Positions 1 through 16,129 of a stretch of 64,000 bases of DNA are shown one piece after another. The notes beneath the pieces are model-generated. The model saw only the letters and a list, made by a program, of their open reading frames with translations, did not search any database and was not told the origin of the DNA. The number at the start of each line of letters is the position of its first letter. Position 1 is the stretch's first letter. Origin of the DNA: Eledone cirrhosa (lineage: Eukaryota); NCBI GenBank assembly GCA_964016885.1, contig OZ024742.1, positions 131,812,001 through 131,876,000 of the forward strand, given 5' to 3'. The position numbers and the translations under genes are program-made.

Positions 1-13
1 GGGCATTTTAAAA

Positions 14-245
14 TACAATATATAGAGAAGAAAGACACAGGAGAGTGTGTTTTTCTTTACAGGAATTTCGAACCACCAGCGTGAGAAGAATATAAGCTAC
101 TAGAGGCATTGGTGAAGCATTAAAATTACAAGTATACATTGAAATTAAAAACCATCCTCACCTAAACCACACATGTACACACTCACCAGGTTCGAAATTC
201 CTGTAATGAAAAACACACTCCCCTGTGTCCTTCCCCTCTATATAT

Positions 246-248
<3 letters not shown>
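14..248. repeat. Fold-back (inverted repeat) element
   Basis: 14-74 (ACAATATATAGAG...GGAATTTCGAACC) is approximately the reverse complement of 189-248 (GGTTCGAAATTCC...CTCTATATATTGT); followed by (TA)n. Confidence 0.7.
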
Positions 249-289
<41 letters not shown>

Positions 290-299
290 TATATATATA

Positions 300-790
300 T
301 GAAAAGAGTCAAGACCTAGACGGCAGAGCTCAAGCCGTTCGACGGCTATTTCTGGACCAGAAATACCCTTCGAAACGGTTCGAGCTCTGCCGTCGGGGTC
401 TTGACTATTTTCCTATTACCCAATCTACTATCCGAAGTATCGATTACACTGGTGCGTTATGGCCCACCTGGTTCCTTACTACACTTCCTTCGTTATATAT
501 ATATAACAAAGAATGTGTGGTGGAGTATAACGCATCAAAGTACTCGATACTTTGGGTAGTAGAGTGGGTGATAGGGAAAGAGTCAGACCCGACGGCTAAG
601 CTCCAGCGTTTTCGGCAGCTAGATCCGTGTTTCGAACATCCTATATGATTTATCTACTCCTACTCTGATTAAGCGTGAAAAAACGACATCGGTATTACAA
701 AGATCATTCTATTCATTATTGTTATACCTTTCGGATCTACCTGTCGAAACGGCCGGAGCTCAGCCGTCGGGGTCCTGACTCTTTTCCTAT
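300..790. mobile_element. Nested fold-back fragments of a PLE-derived family (same family as 16988-18340)
   Basis: GAAAAGAGTC...GACGGCAGAGCTCAAGCCGTT and its reverse complement recur. HHR stem-III halves GAAACGG...CCGTC-GGGGTC lie at ~372-400 and ~746-774. Flanked by (TA)n. Confidence 0.6.
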
Positions 791-1201
791 ATATATATAT
801 ATAAATGAAAGTAGATGATCGACCGCGAGCACTGCGGTTTCAGGTAGTTACTTCTACTAGATATTTCAGGAAGATATCTAGAATTTAAGGAGGATAAACG
901 CATGGAGTGGACGTACAAAGGATGAGCGAGAGGAGAGGGAGAAAGACTGAAAATTAAATGGAGGGGCGACAAATTGCAAGAAGAAGAGAAAAAGACAAAT
1001 ACATAAACATACGACATGACAAAAAGCACAGTGGAGTGGGTGTATAACATAGGGTCACATTAGCGGAACATATTTGGAGGGCACAGGGCTATTGATGTTA
1101 TGGGGACTAACCCAGGTACTGATGCACGTCGGTCTGAAGAGGCCAAACTATATAGCTACGTATAAATATATATATATATATATAACAAATAATATATATA
1201 T

Positions 1202-1347
<146 letters not shown>

Positions 1348-2837
1348 TGTTTGTTAAAATAATCAAATTAAATTAATTCAACAGACTAATAGGTTGTTAC
1401 CAACAAACCAGAAGTTTGACAAGTCGACTTACATATGGCTAATAGCTCTAGGAAATACTTGAACGACACCAACACATTTTAACTTTTGAAAGTACGTTTA
1501 TAATTACTAATTTTCATTATGTTTTTATAGCTGTCTCCGCGACCTAGTTGGAGGGATCATAGACGGTGGTGATACGGGTCTGAAGTTCGATCCTGATCTG
1601 GAGTAGGATTCCCGGTAAATCTTTTCATTTTTTTTCTTCTGTGGGTTTTAAAATAAAAAAACAGAAAAAGATTACATGTAACTCTCGAGCAGGATTGAAA
1701 CCAGGACCAGACTCTCCACCATCTCTTGTACCTACCGCGATTCCACTGAGACAGCTACGAAAGTCTAATGAAAATTCATACTTAAAAACCTATTTTCAAG
1801 ATTTTCAATACAAAATGAAGTAGTGTCGTTCATGTCTTTCCTAATGTTATTGCTCCTGCTTAAGGTCGAACTCTAAATCATTTGGGTATTCCATAAACTA
1901 CATCCTCGTTTTGTTTCTCATCTAAATATAGTCTAGATTCTAGACTATATTTTAACCTGTAATCCATGTTTCATTTCTGTTGCGCCATAATTCTCCCCCT
2001 CCCTCTCTCTCTTTCTCTCTATGATGTTTGAACCTGCTATGATGTAGACTTACTTTATTCATATATGTATTTGCATGTCAGATTCAAATTTAGAATGATT
2101 GGCATTATATATATATACACACATATATATATATATATACACATATATAAATGTGTGTGTGTGTTTGATAAATATATGTGTGTATGTATATGTGTAACAC
2201 ACTAAGCTTTAGATTTACTAGCACGTACAACCACTGATTCCAGCTATTTGCACTATCATATATTTTGGTTTCTACTAATTCCCTGGAGAATTGGTGGACC
2301 AAAAGCTTAGCTTAATTGTTTTATTTATTAAAAAAAAACATTCTTTCTCTTAGACTTCAGGTATTTTTTGAAAGCAAAGCATTAGCCCCTAAAATACTAC
2401 AGTGTGCCCTGCAATGCTACCGTGGGCCCTCTGGAGCCCATTTGCCATTGGGCAACCTGGCCAGTCCGCCACTGATTGTAAATACATGTAAACACATGTA
2501 TCGCCCGCTTTCACACACTGACACACGCATGTACGGAAAGAGGAAAGAAAAGTTGAAGGGAACAAGAAAGAAGGAAGAAGAAGCAATGTTGAGGGATGTG
2601 AAAAATAAGGTGGTAGATGCTGGAACAGCAGTACCGTTGGTAGGGGTTGAAAGTGCCTAAGTCCATCTCACCTGCCGAGTACCTTCGAATTCTGTCTTTC
2701 GCTTGTATTTTATTTTCAAAATATATTATTTTATAGCTTCTCCTCATAAAATATATATATTTTTTCATTATGCCTTAAAGAGAGGGAACAATATAGAGAA
2801 AAGGATAGAGCGTGTGAGAGAGTAGATTGAAAGAGAG

Positions 2838-2925
<88 letters not shown>

Positions 2926-3383
2926 CTGGTCATGTTGTGAATGAAATTATAACAGGTGACTGCAAAGAATCGAATACAACATTACTGTATCTATGTGTGT
3001 AGCGAATATTTCCTGCTAAATAGGAAGGGTCTCTATGTGCATGCGTGTGCATGTGTGTGCGTGCGGGTATATATGCGTGTGTAAGTGTGGGGGTGTCTGC
3101 GACCTGTGTATATAGGTCACAGAGACCCGCCAAACACACACATAGATATATGTGTGTGTGTGTCTTTGTATGTGTAAACACACAAACACGCACATTTAAA
3201 TATATGGGCCTTCCAAATTCATTTTACATTATATACGGCTCACGCGTGGTCTCGTATATATATGTATATATATATATATATGTGTGTGTGTGCATGTAAA
3301 AGGTAAACAGAAATAACAACACAATCGGTACAGTATATGGACGGTATATATTAGGTTAACGCTTGATATAGCAGGAAGAGGGG

Positions 3384-3417
3384 CTTAACGTTTCGGACGC
3401 TAGTCCTTCATCAGAAG
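3384..3417 (-). ncRNA. Minimal type I hammerhead ribozyme (PLE type)
   Basis: Minus strand CTT-CTGATGA-A-GGAC(TAGC)GTCC-GAAACGTT-AAG; palindromic stem III. Confidence 0.7.
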
Positions 3418-3639
3418 AAAGAATGAGAAATAAAATAGATTAGGGACGGGCGGGATAGAATTGGAAAAAAATGTCTTTAGATAAAAATGATAGGTCCATT
3501 CATGTTGACATCTCTTGCAAAACAGTTGGTGCTGGCGTTTTGTGTATGATTATGCATAAAACTAACAATAGGAGTATATATTAAAGCATATACCTTATAT
3601 TCATGTATAATAAACACAACAATATGTTGCCCTGTATAT

Positions 3640-3700
<61 letters not shown>

Positions 3701-4115
3701 TATATAGATATATATATGTATATATATGCGTGTTGGTGTGTGTGTGAGCTTATGAACATAGCTCTACTTACATAATTACCATTTTGCTACCGAAATGGTT
3801 TACGATTGGCCGTCGGGAATTATGCCGTATATTACATACAAACACAGGCATGCACACATACAGAGGCCTATGTATATATATATATAAACTAATGTAGATC
3901 TCTCAAAAATGATAAAATTATCGTATGCACTGATTATATTTTTCTCGTGCATTACATCTAATACCTCTATATCGTGGCCTGTGGTGTATGCTAATGGTAA
4001 ATACAACCAATTAAAACAATGAAATGGACTCGCTGGAGCTGATCGACATACACACACACACACATGCTTGTAGACACACACAGACATATATATATATACA
4101 CATATATATATATAC

Positions 4116-4210
<95 letters not shown>

Positions 4211-4236
4211 GTGTGTTTATATATATGTATATATAT

Positions 4237-4495
4237 GGTGGCTGCCAACTCGTTTTCGAGTACGGCCACTACTTTATATCCATATAGGAGAACCCCTACC
4301 GATGCGCCGAACGGGTGTGACTTTTTAGTCCAGCCAGCGACTTGAAAACTCTGGAACAAACACTACACTTGTGACAATTATTGACACATAGTGCTGGGCC
4401 CATGGTACCATGTGACGACAAGTGCAGAGAGATCTCCAGATATAAAGCAATGCCTGTGCCGTGAAGCTTTTATAGTGAGCAAAGGCACTGCACAA
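4237..4495. repeat. Dispersed ~260-bp repeat, copy 1
   Basis: Nearly identical to 53276-53534; both begin directly after a microsatellite. Confidence 0.85.
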
Positions 4496-4751
4496 AGCCA
4501 GTCCCACTCTCTTAACCAAGATGATATTTACCAAAAAGAAGAACAAGTCAACATCATTGGATACCATCAGAGTCGCAGGTGTTATATCAGAGTTTTCCTT
4601 CTCCTAGAATTCTGCCTTGACAAAGGCTAAGGGGTCATCTCTCCCGGTGATTTTGGATGGCCATTGACTCTTAAGAGCTCCTTTGCCCTTTGACAGGTTT
4701 TGTTTTTAGTCCTGCAGGATGTCCAAAGTCACCCTCCTCACCAAGAAACCT

Positions 4752-5370
4752 TATGGAATAGAATGAAACGAAATTTCATTTCTCACTCTTAGTACGGCAC
4801 TTACTTAAATGTAAGTATGTATGTATACGTACCTACATATATGTATACAGACGTACAGTAGTATGTATATATATATATATATGCACGTATCGGTTTACCG
4901 AACATTTATTATAATGCTCAGTTTCTTTGTTTGTAAACAAAAAAAACAGCCCGCATTACGCCGTACAGTGTTTAGTCAACCACGTCACCTTTTTTGTTCA
5001 ACACTGACACAGGAACGGTGTACTAGTTTCAAGCTTATTAGCTATCGTCAGCATCGTATACCTACCTGCCAGATGTTTGAACGTCTGAATGTATATACTT
5101 TCCTTATGCATATTAACGGCTGAGCAGCCTAATTTGCATATCGAGTGAGTTCAATCGGCTGGGCGTACGAAAACGATAAATGGAATAGAATGAAACGAAA
5201 TTTCATTTCTCACTCTTAGTACGGCACTTACTTAAATGTAAGTATGTATGTATGTATACGTACATAGATATATGTATACAGACGTACAGTAGTATGTATA
5301 TATATACATACATGCACACATATATATATGCACGTATCGGTTTTCCGAACATTTATTATAATGCTCGGTT
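4752..5370. repeat. Short dispersed repeat, locally duplicated
   Basis: ATGGAATAGAATGAAACGAAATTTCATTTCTCACTCTTAGTACGGCACTTACTTAAATGTAA at 4752, 5180 and 48883; partial copy at ~6635. Confidence 0.8.
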
Positions 5371-5582
5371 TGTTATATATATATGTGCGTGTGTGTGTGT
5401 TGGTATATATATATATATATTTCAGTTTCTTCCTCTTCTATATCTTTTTTTATTTCTACTGTTGATTCTTATACTATCTTTCACACCCAAAATATTAAGA
5501 CGCTACTTCTACACTATAAAATATTGAACTTCCATATATCTTTATTGTAGCATATGGCTTTCATGTGTTGTATCTTGTTGAT

Positions 5583-5702
<120 letters not shown>

Positions 5703-6061
5703 ATATAATTGGAGAAAGCTAATAGCGATACTCCGGCCAAATTCCAACTCACTCAACAAACATTAGGAAATATATGAGTATATTCCTAATTAAACGTTCG
5801 GGGTGCTAACTATATTGTATTGTGTGGAGAATTGGCTGTATCATTTCATATGAGATATATCATATATATATATAACTTACCCAGACGCTTCGTTTCATTA
5901 TAAGATGTCTACAAGTTGGGTGAAATTATACCAAATTATGTAGAAGCTTGTATAAGATCAACAGATACTTATACAAGTGGGCTGTTATATATATATATAT
6001 ATATATTTCGTTTCTGAATTTGTTTAGCAAGATTCTTTATCTGAAAACGTGTGTTGAAACC

Positions 6062-6440
6062 GATATTGTTATACTTTGGGAGGGTCATGTTGCCAATAAG
6101 AAACACAGGCACCAGTTGCTTTCACTTCAATTTATTATAAATTAAATTATAAATTTAAAAATTTATAAATTTATAAATTTCCGGTTGGCTGGTTGGTTCC
6201 ACAACCGGACGGTTGTTCATATATTGTCAAAGTTCTTTCGTCACACGTTCTGTCACCTCATCAGTGACTGGGGATTCTATTTGAGAATATATGAACAACC
6301 GTCCGGTTGTGGAACCAACAAACCAACCGGAAATTTATAAATTTATAAATTTATAAATTAATTTATAATAAATTGGAGTGAAGCAACTGGCGCGTGTGTT
6401 TCCTATTGACAACATGACACTCCCAAAGTAAAACAATATA
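6062..6440. mobile_element. Fold-back PLE-derived element with an HHR in the spacer
   Basis: ~6062-6225 is the reverse complement of ~6286-6440; another copy of the arm lies at ~11987-12140. Confidence 0.75.
6226..6268 (-). ncRNA. Minimal type I hammerhead ribozyme
   Basis: Minus strand GTCA-CTGATGA-GGTGACAGAACGTGTGAC-GAAAGAACTT-TGAC; stem I GTCA/TGAC. Confidence 0.65.
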
Positions 6441-6479
6441 TATATATATATATATATATATTGTTTTACTTTGGGAGTG

Positions 6480-6528
<49 letters not shown>

Positions 6529-6670
6529 CGAAAATAAGAAAATAAACAAGAAACACCACATCACAGCCATATGCTACAATGAAGATATATACATGCATAT
6601 ATATAAATATATATAAATAGAAAAAAGTAAATTTTATTTCTCACTCTTAGTGCGGCTGATACGTACTTAC

Positions 6671-6736
<66 letters not shown>

Positions 6737-7022
6737 GCATGTATATATATATATGCCAGAGATAGCTACTGCATGATCAATGAAATCTGGCATAGTCTGC
6801 GGTTTCACATGTACCTGTGCTTTCGTACTTTCATACAAAGCTAATATTGTAAACATGAGTATGCGCCAGTTTGATCATTTTCAGGATATGTTTCTTTATA
6901 TATTTTAGCTTAGTATGGATATGTGTGATTCAACATTTTCAAATATCTCATCTTCATCTCCAGAATAATCATGTTCACATGAGTTGCGTATTGGGTGCGT
7001 ATATTGCTGTGCTTATAAAGTA

Positions 7023-7132
7023 TCTTCTTCTTCTTCTTCTTCTTCTTCTTCTTCTTCTTCTTCTTCTTCTTCTTCTTCTTCTTCTTCTTCTTCTTCTTCT
7101 TCTTCTTCTTCTTCTTTTTCTTCTTCTTCTTC
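7023..7132. repeat. (CTT)n microsatellite
   Basis: Direct reading; source of the poly-L/K/E pseudo-ORFs. Confidence 0.95.
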
Positions 7133-8587
7133 ATCACCATCGTCAATTTGTTTTTGAAATATGATATATATTATCATTAGTTTCGCTATAGTATGCTGCA
7201 TCTGGGTATTAATATTTGGTTTATATTCTGTAATTAATAGAACCTTCGTATTTGTTCCTCTTCTTTTTCTCAAGTGGAAAACAGAGTTGCCCTTATAGAC
7301 AACTATGCAATATACACCCGCTACGGCGAATATATATTTTTTGTGACTGACAGTGAATATGCCGATCTTTTTAAAAATGGTCTCATGTAAAATCTCTTTT
7401 TTGACATTTACAATCCGTCACAGAACCAATGCGTAATCAGTTGGCACTACCACATTATTGTTGGACATTAGGAACAACTAGCGCAGTTGTCTTTATATTA
7501 AACAGAAAACGGCCTACACATGCACATAAGGAGCGAGTGTGCTCGCCAGACACCAACTATATTTAGTTACAAATCCCATTAGACGCATTTCTAAATTCTC
7601 CTTCACTAAAGACTATTTAAATTAGAATATTTCACGTGTAAAGCATACACTCATAGCTAGTTGCCAAAACACCAAAATATAAACAAACCCTCCTCCAAAA
7701 CACAAAATCTCAGCGTAGGAAACTACAGAACGTACTACAAATGCCCAGCGTGATATATAACTGACAAGGAATACATGGACTATATTTCCTCTCTTCATTT
7801 TAATATGTTTTAATCCACTTGAGCATTAAATAAATGTATATCATCATACAAATCGTTAAATCCGTCACAGGACTACACTTTCACGTCGGTTAAACATGCA
7901 CTTCCAATAACGAGACTGCAACAAATCTTCTCATATTACAAAACAAAACAAAGAAGCAGTGTCGGTGACACTGCAATTCTATGCAGAACCCTGCACGAAG
8001 AAAGCAAACAAGTATGGAAGATCTATTAATATCAGAATACAATTCAAATTTGACACGAAGATACAGCATACATGAATTTGTTTATAATAATTGCTATACT
8101 TCAATCGTTGAGAAATTTAAACCATGTCTCCATGATTTCCTAACACTCCAAGCCTACGCTACGATCCTTGCAAATCACGTCAGCAATACACCACTAATAT
8201 GTCCACTGTGATTGTGAACAAGGAGCATTGAAATATTCGAAAGACCATTACGAAACTTATTTGGTAACGCTAAGAACTAATTACTAATATCGAAATAAAA
8301 AAAAATAATTTCAGAGGTGCTTCCAATATAGCATGTTTGAAAGAGAAATTGTTCTTTATATATTCATGTGTATATGTGTATGAGTATTTATTCATGTATA
8401 TATATATATTAAATTGTTAAACAATATTCAATGATTATGTCAAAGAATGAGTTTTACAGTAGATTGGAAGCACTCAACGGTAAAACAATTTTCTAGAGTT
8501 ATTAATATTAAAATATAAGTATTAATAAACCCTACCTTGATTAAATCTTAACCATTTAACATCTCAGGGTATGTCATGTATTATTAT

Positions 8588-8640
8588 ATTTTGTCTGATG
8601 AGGACGTACTGTTGTACATCCGAAATATGTATAATAAAAT
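8588..8640 (+). ncRNA. Type I hammerhead ribozyme (PLE pLTR type)
   Basis: ATTTTGT-CTGATGA-GGACGTAC(TGTT)GTACATCC-GAA-ATATGTAT-A-ATAAAAT; same layout as the pLTR HHR at 36821. Confidence 0.75.
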
Positions 8641-8689
8641 TTAATTGATCAAAAGAACATCTATTTTATTAATACTTATATATATATAT

Positions 8690-9145
8690 CGTAGAGACCT
8701 GAAAATCCGCCTCTTCATTGCTGTAGTGGAGTCTGTGCTGCTGTATGGGTCTAAGACTTGGACACTGACCAAGAGACTCACTCAGATGGTGGATGGGTGC
8801 TACACGAGAATGCTGAGGATGGCTCTGAACATTAATCAGTATACACTGAGGATGAAAAACTCAGAGCTGTATGGGAGCATCCCAAAAGTCAGCTCAAAAG
8901 TGACACAGAGGAGATTGAGGTTGGCTGGACATGCTCACCGACATCCAGGGTTGACATTGCACTCAGTGCTCCTTTGGGAGCCCCTACATGGACACACTAG
9001 AAGAGGAAGACCAAGGTTAACATATGTTGATGCCCTAAGGACAGACACTGGTCTGTTGGAGATGCAGGATATGGCAGCGATAATGAGGGACAGAGACCGC
9101 TGGAGAGAACTCGTCCATGGATCTCGGGAATTTTACCCGCCTTAG
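8690..9145 (+). mobile_element. 5'-truncated RTE-type LINE, C-terminal coding fragment
   Basis: Translation VESVLLYGSKTWTL...YTRMLR...RRLRLAGH...WEP..G..RRGRPRLTYVD...DRDRWR matches the post-RT region of RTE-clade LINEs. Confidence 0.8.
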
Positions 9146-9212
9146 ATAGAAGTATGTGCGAGTGTATATATATATATATGTATGCATATATATAGGTATA
9201 TGTATATATATG

Positions 9213-9255
<43 letters not shown>

Positions 9256-9295
9256 CTGTGTGTGTGTGTGTATGTGTGTGTGCGTGTGTGTGTGG

Positions 9296-9392
<97 letters not shown>

Positions 9393-9674
9393 TATGTTTA
9401 CAAATGTGAGGGAACATTGTAGACTTAGGAATGAAGTTGAAACGAAGTTAAGAAGTTCAGAAACATGAGTTGTTAGGTTCGATCACCCTGTCCGGCATCT
9501 AAATGATAACAAATCGATGTGAGTAAAATTATATACAGGGAAATTTTGAAAATCATTTCGATGGACCTTAGCTATAATTCACTGGACCAAGTATTTCACA
9601 GCCTGTTTCATGATGTTACACCTCAAAGTATGTGTTAATAGTACTAGACTTTGTAGAACATTCAGTCAATTATA

Positions 9675-10160
9675 ATTGACTAGCAGAAAAACCACCCCAG
9701 TGGTGGTTTACTGCTAGCATGTGCAGTGTGCATATTGATATTATACGCAAGTATATATGCATGTAGATATGATATATCAAATAACATCGTAATTGACAAT
9801 ATACACAGAAATTGAACGAAGACGACTGCATTACACTGCCATATGTAATAAGTAACGTAATCCATGATACATTAAAAAAGACGATATTATATATAAACTG
9901 CATTAGGAGAAAATTTGTCACGGAAATATATAAATGTTTATTTAAGCGATCGCTAACCGCAAGTGTTGACATTTGAAAATTTTAAAGAAGTGAATCTTTA
10001 AATAATCAATAAAATATATTTAATCAAAAGCTACGAAATTTAACAGATAAATTATGTAATATTCATTCATTATTTATTCAAAGTAATCCAACTTATTTTA
10101 CAAATTGGTTAAAAGAATTATATTCTGGATGCAGTCCCGCAATCCTTTCTTTATTATAGT
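9675..10160. repeat. Dispersed ~480-bp repeat
   Basis: A reverse-complement copy lies at ~45416-45840. Confidence 0.8.
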
Positions 10161-10166
10161 TAAGAT

Positions 10167-10322
10167 GGGCAGCGAATTGACAGAGTTGTTAGAACATTCG
10201 ATAAAATACTTTGCTGTATTCGTTCCGACTCTCTGTTCTCTGAGTTCAAATCCTGCCGTAGTTAACTTTGCATTTCATCAATTCGAATTCGATAAAAAAA
10301 GCATCAATCTCGTACTGGGGTC
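10167..10322 (+). mobile_element. tRNA-derived SINE family A (diverged copy)
   Basis: B-box GAGTTCAAATCC followed by GTTAACTTTGC..TTTCATC..TCGATAAAA body. Confidence 0.65.
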
Positions 10323-10778
10323 AATTCTTCTTCTATATCTCTTTCTCACTTCCATTATTTCACTATCAATCTCCATCTATGGAAGAATCTATTGTATTCA
10401 TACCTGGAGAGGAGATGGGTTCTACCATGTTTAAAAGTGCTATAGAATCGCCGAATGTCATTACGACTCCCGGATGAGTTACGGGACCAGCATAAACAAA
10501 GATTAACTGGAATAGACATCATCGAAAACGACGTTAGTCCATTAATAAGTGTATTCTGTGTACACTACCGTTATCCAATCATATATGTAGATACATATTG
10601 TTGTATATACATATGCACACATAACGACGCAAACATTGGAGTGTTTTTAATTTATGTCGTATATTAGCCTAAATTTGTTATACATCTTTATCTCTATCGT
10701 CCAGTGTATGTAAGTTAGGTTATTTGTTTATGCGTATGCGTGTGTAAATGTATTGTGTTTGTCTACGTATAGTTGTGG

Positions 10779-10960
<182 letters not shown>

Positions 10961-11300
10961 CTTCTATATACTGTACCGATTGTGTTATTTCTGTTTACCT
11001 TTTACACACATATATATATATACATATAAACACACATTCATCTTTGCCTCACTCTCCCGTACATTTATTTCCACTCAACTCTTCTTATTTTATAGCATTA
11101 GATATGAAGCACTATAAAATAATGTTATGATACACAACTCGTTATGACTTTATAGATAAGTCATAACGAGTTATAGTAATAGCTATAGGAAGAGTTATAG
11201 GTACACCATCATTCATAAACAACGAATGAACCAATAAAACCTTACTTTCATTAGTTACCTATATATATATATATATATGTATATATAAATATATATATAA

Positions 11301-12550
<1,250 letters not shown>

Positions 12551-13763
12551 TGCAGATGGAATCAACATTGCTGCAAGCCTAATGTATAGGATTCTTAATT
12601 TATTGGTGTTGGCGATGCTGTTGTTGTTTTTATTTATCGCCTCGTCACCATTGATTTAACATACTTATACAAAAATTAATTTCTTTCGTAACCAACGTGT
12701 ATATCATTGTCAATGTGTGTTTCTTTGTTTTCGTTATGAAGAGTGAATTGTTTCTCCATACTTCTCCATCGTTCTTTGTGCCGCTAATGTCAAAAAACGA
12801 TGGAGTTATACTATTAGATGAAGAACCACTGGACTCTTGCTTATAGTTCTATAATACCGGGAGCAAAATGGCTAACATAGCTTCTTAAGCAGTCAGTGTC
12901 TGTTCTGCCTGCCGTAGTGGATGGTTTCTGACAAAATTTCGCAGGTTTATACAGTTTTCAACAGAATAAGTAGGTGGCTTGCATTGTTGGCTGTCGTGGT
13001 ATGTAATCGAAGCAACAAGCCATTGGTTTATGGAACAGGCAATGATGTGATTTCTTCCGTTGTCTCCGTATCTGGGACTTGTGTTCTAGAGACAGTGGTT
13101 AGAAACATGTTTTTCTAATTTCTGAGAAGACGAAACAATCAGGATAGAGATAACGAAATATTTCAACAGAGGACTTGAGACTGAGACCGAATATTTGTAG
13201 ATTAAACAACACCTCAGTTTAGCTCCAGTAACTACTAAAATCATATAATGAAACAGTATAATCTAGTAACTACCAAACGCAAGGACGGACCAACAATAGC
13301 ATTACAGTTTGCCCTCTCTTAACTAAGAGAAAATTGTAGGATCTACATCAATTTCGACGATCAACATTCAGTTCTTCGATTGACTGAAAGTATTTTTATT
13401 ATGTATGTGGTTGAATATTCTATGTAATCTTAATGCAATTGCCTATCCGAATCAGCGGGACGCAGTAGGTCAGTAATTTGGATTTTACAGGCTAAAACTG
13501 TTCATCCAACTGGCTTCCACTGTTGCCGTCTGCCCAATGTCACTCACAACATGTTCGCTTAATATTTGCACAAGATGACACGCAATGGGCTCCTATCAAT
13601 ACTCTCATTATTGTGAAGCAATCATCTTAATCGTTAGCCATACCTGCATATATCTATTTTATTAAAGTTGGTGTAGATGTTGGGTAAAACCCTGCCACGT
13701 TGAAAAATTGATGGTAAGCGTAATGTACGAAAGGGGGAAAGGGAGTGGAGGATATACAAACAT

Positions 13764-13836
<73 letters not shown>

Positions 13837-14166
13837 AGAGTATTGAAGTTTGCTTGAAGCATTGTGGAATAATAAGGTAAATTTCTTTAAGTCGTTTGGA
13901 AGCTTCGACAATGCAGAGGGGTAAATCTGATATTCAAAACAACGAACAGGGAGGACACGTTTCCGACAGACAACCTCTCCCTCCCCCCCCCCCCCCCCCG
14001 GAAAAAACCCAATTGATGGATGTGAATCCGAAATATATAGCACCAATTAAATATCTCCCATGGTAACTCTATCTCGTGTTGTTATTTTTATTTTTATCCT
14101 TTACGCTCTTTCCTTCATTCCTCTACACGCTACAGTCTTATACACGCCACGCATCTCAACGTACAC

Positions 14167-14295
<129 letters not shown>

Positions 14296-14329
14296 ATAGG
14301 TGCACATTTAGCTTAGACCTGTTCACCTA

Positions 14330-14810
14330 GCAACAAATGGCATCTTTTCTCACAACATATACTGCTTCAAACTTAAAGCATCCAACGTACACGGAATCCT
14401 ATTCATCATACTGGACAACACTTTCTTCACCTTCCATCACCACACATACTAACAAACAACGGGCCAACACATGGGATCAAGCTTAATGTGACAACTGGCC
14501 ATTACCTATATGACCCAGCTGGCACATCACGCGCTCAACACGTGCTAAACCTATGCCTTATTCATCAGCTACATAGACGAATCTTATCTTCACGTCATCC
14601 CGCAATGAGACCGGCAAAATACACAGGATGTTCGCGAACATGGACGGTAATATACGGGTCAGCGCAAAACCGTAAACAACGCTGGATACCTTTTCCTACA
14701 CGACTTCAAACTCATAGTTTGGGAAGATCAGGTCCACCTCAACATCTACAAGAAAGTCACATGGCTTCAGAGCTAAAGCCGGATACGTGAGCAATATATT
14801 CATATTTATC
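14330..14810 (+). pseudogene. Decayed PLE reverse transcriptase fragment
   Basis: NTFFTFHHHTY*QTTGQHMGS (RT motif B region) and LNIYKKVT (IYRKPT-like), with stops and frameshifts. Confidence 0.5.
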
Positions 14811-15019
14811 AAGAACAAATGCAACAAGGTGGAGACCAGACCACCCACACGGCACATTTCCTGGAATTACTTAACATCGATGCATACCCAAAATCCACCG
14901 TGAGTATTCTAGGGGTCATGCTACCTAAAACTATCATAGTTAAATATAAGTGAAAATATAATGCTGACAAGACGTTCCATTCCTCATACAGGTTTGTTCT
15001 AGTAACATACTGCATTCAA

Positions 15020-16120
15020 TGCGGCAAATGCAAGGACCTACTACCAATTATCATTTATATCTACGTGAGTGATATGTCCAGGACAACTGCAAGGAAATTT
15101 GCATACGCATATGAACTTGCCTTAGCTACCCAGACTACTGACTTTGATAAATTCAAATTTACACTCACAGAAGACCTAAAGAATATGGTGGACTACTACT
15201 TCAACTGGTACTTTCGACCCTAGATCATAGTGACATCATTCCATCTCATCATCAGACAAGCTAGAAGGGAACTCAAGGTCTCATCCTGCTGTAGACCCTT
15301 CACGATTGAACCACACCCCAAATATTTTGGATCGCAGCCTGACCTACTTAGAAAATCTAAATACGGTTCCAAGAAAGCACGAGATCAGGATTAATATCGT
15401 CCGCAATTTGGCAGGAAACAGCTGGGGGCCGGATACACACATACTCCGAAATGTTTGCTTAAAACTTGCATATTTAGTTGCAGATAACTGCTCACCGGTC
15501 TGGGCAGGGAACTACCATGCAAAGCATGTTCACACTAACATCAACGCGGCAATGAGAATAGTATGAGGCACACTGAAATCTACACTTACTCAGTGGCTGC
15601 CTACATTTTCTTATAAAGCTTCTCTTTAGTCACCGCGTCAGTAGATGATCCGCGAAACAATACGTCTAACCAAGTTTAAGCCCGACCTTCTCATCCATGA
15701 AGTCCTGGAAAACCTTCCCAACATGAGCTTAAATGCACACAACACATTCTGGGAATCAATGATGATACTTGACGACAATAATTCTGATCTGAAGGAAGAA
15801 TGGCAAAGATCATAGAATGAGTCCAAATTTGCGAACCAAGACCTCGTACAGAACCCCACATCTACACAAGCCGGCTTTGACCGTCTCAGAAGTTAAGTGG
15901 TGTCCCTTGATTGGATCCGCGCAGCATATGCGGAACAGCCTATAATCTGCATCGATGGAAAATGAGGGACGACTCGGCATGTGATTGTGGGGAACCTGGT
16001 CGGACGGTGCACCCTATTGTTCGGGATTGGCCTGCTAACGTTTCCAGGCGGCCAGGAGGCAAACGATAATGCTGCAAATGACGCCTTGATCTGGCTCACC
16101 GGTCTCACCCTGCCTCTCTA
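15020..16120 (+). mobile_element. Decayed Vingi/Ingi-like LINE, 3' portion
   Basis: FAYAYELAL (YADD-like), LAGNSWG..LR..LAY..ADNCSPVW..HAKHV..INAAMRIV, C-terminal CDCG motif. Confidence 0.6.
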
Positions 16121-16129
16121 GCTACTGTG

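Noticed and set aside
1128-1152. CTGAAGAGGCC hammerhead candidate
   Set aside because: Truncated before stem II closes; no GAAA or stem III.
7270-8060. Additional decayed PLE
   Set aside because: Only faint motif hints (VKSLF, EDLLI...NL); insufficient without a profile search.
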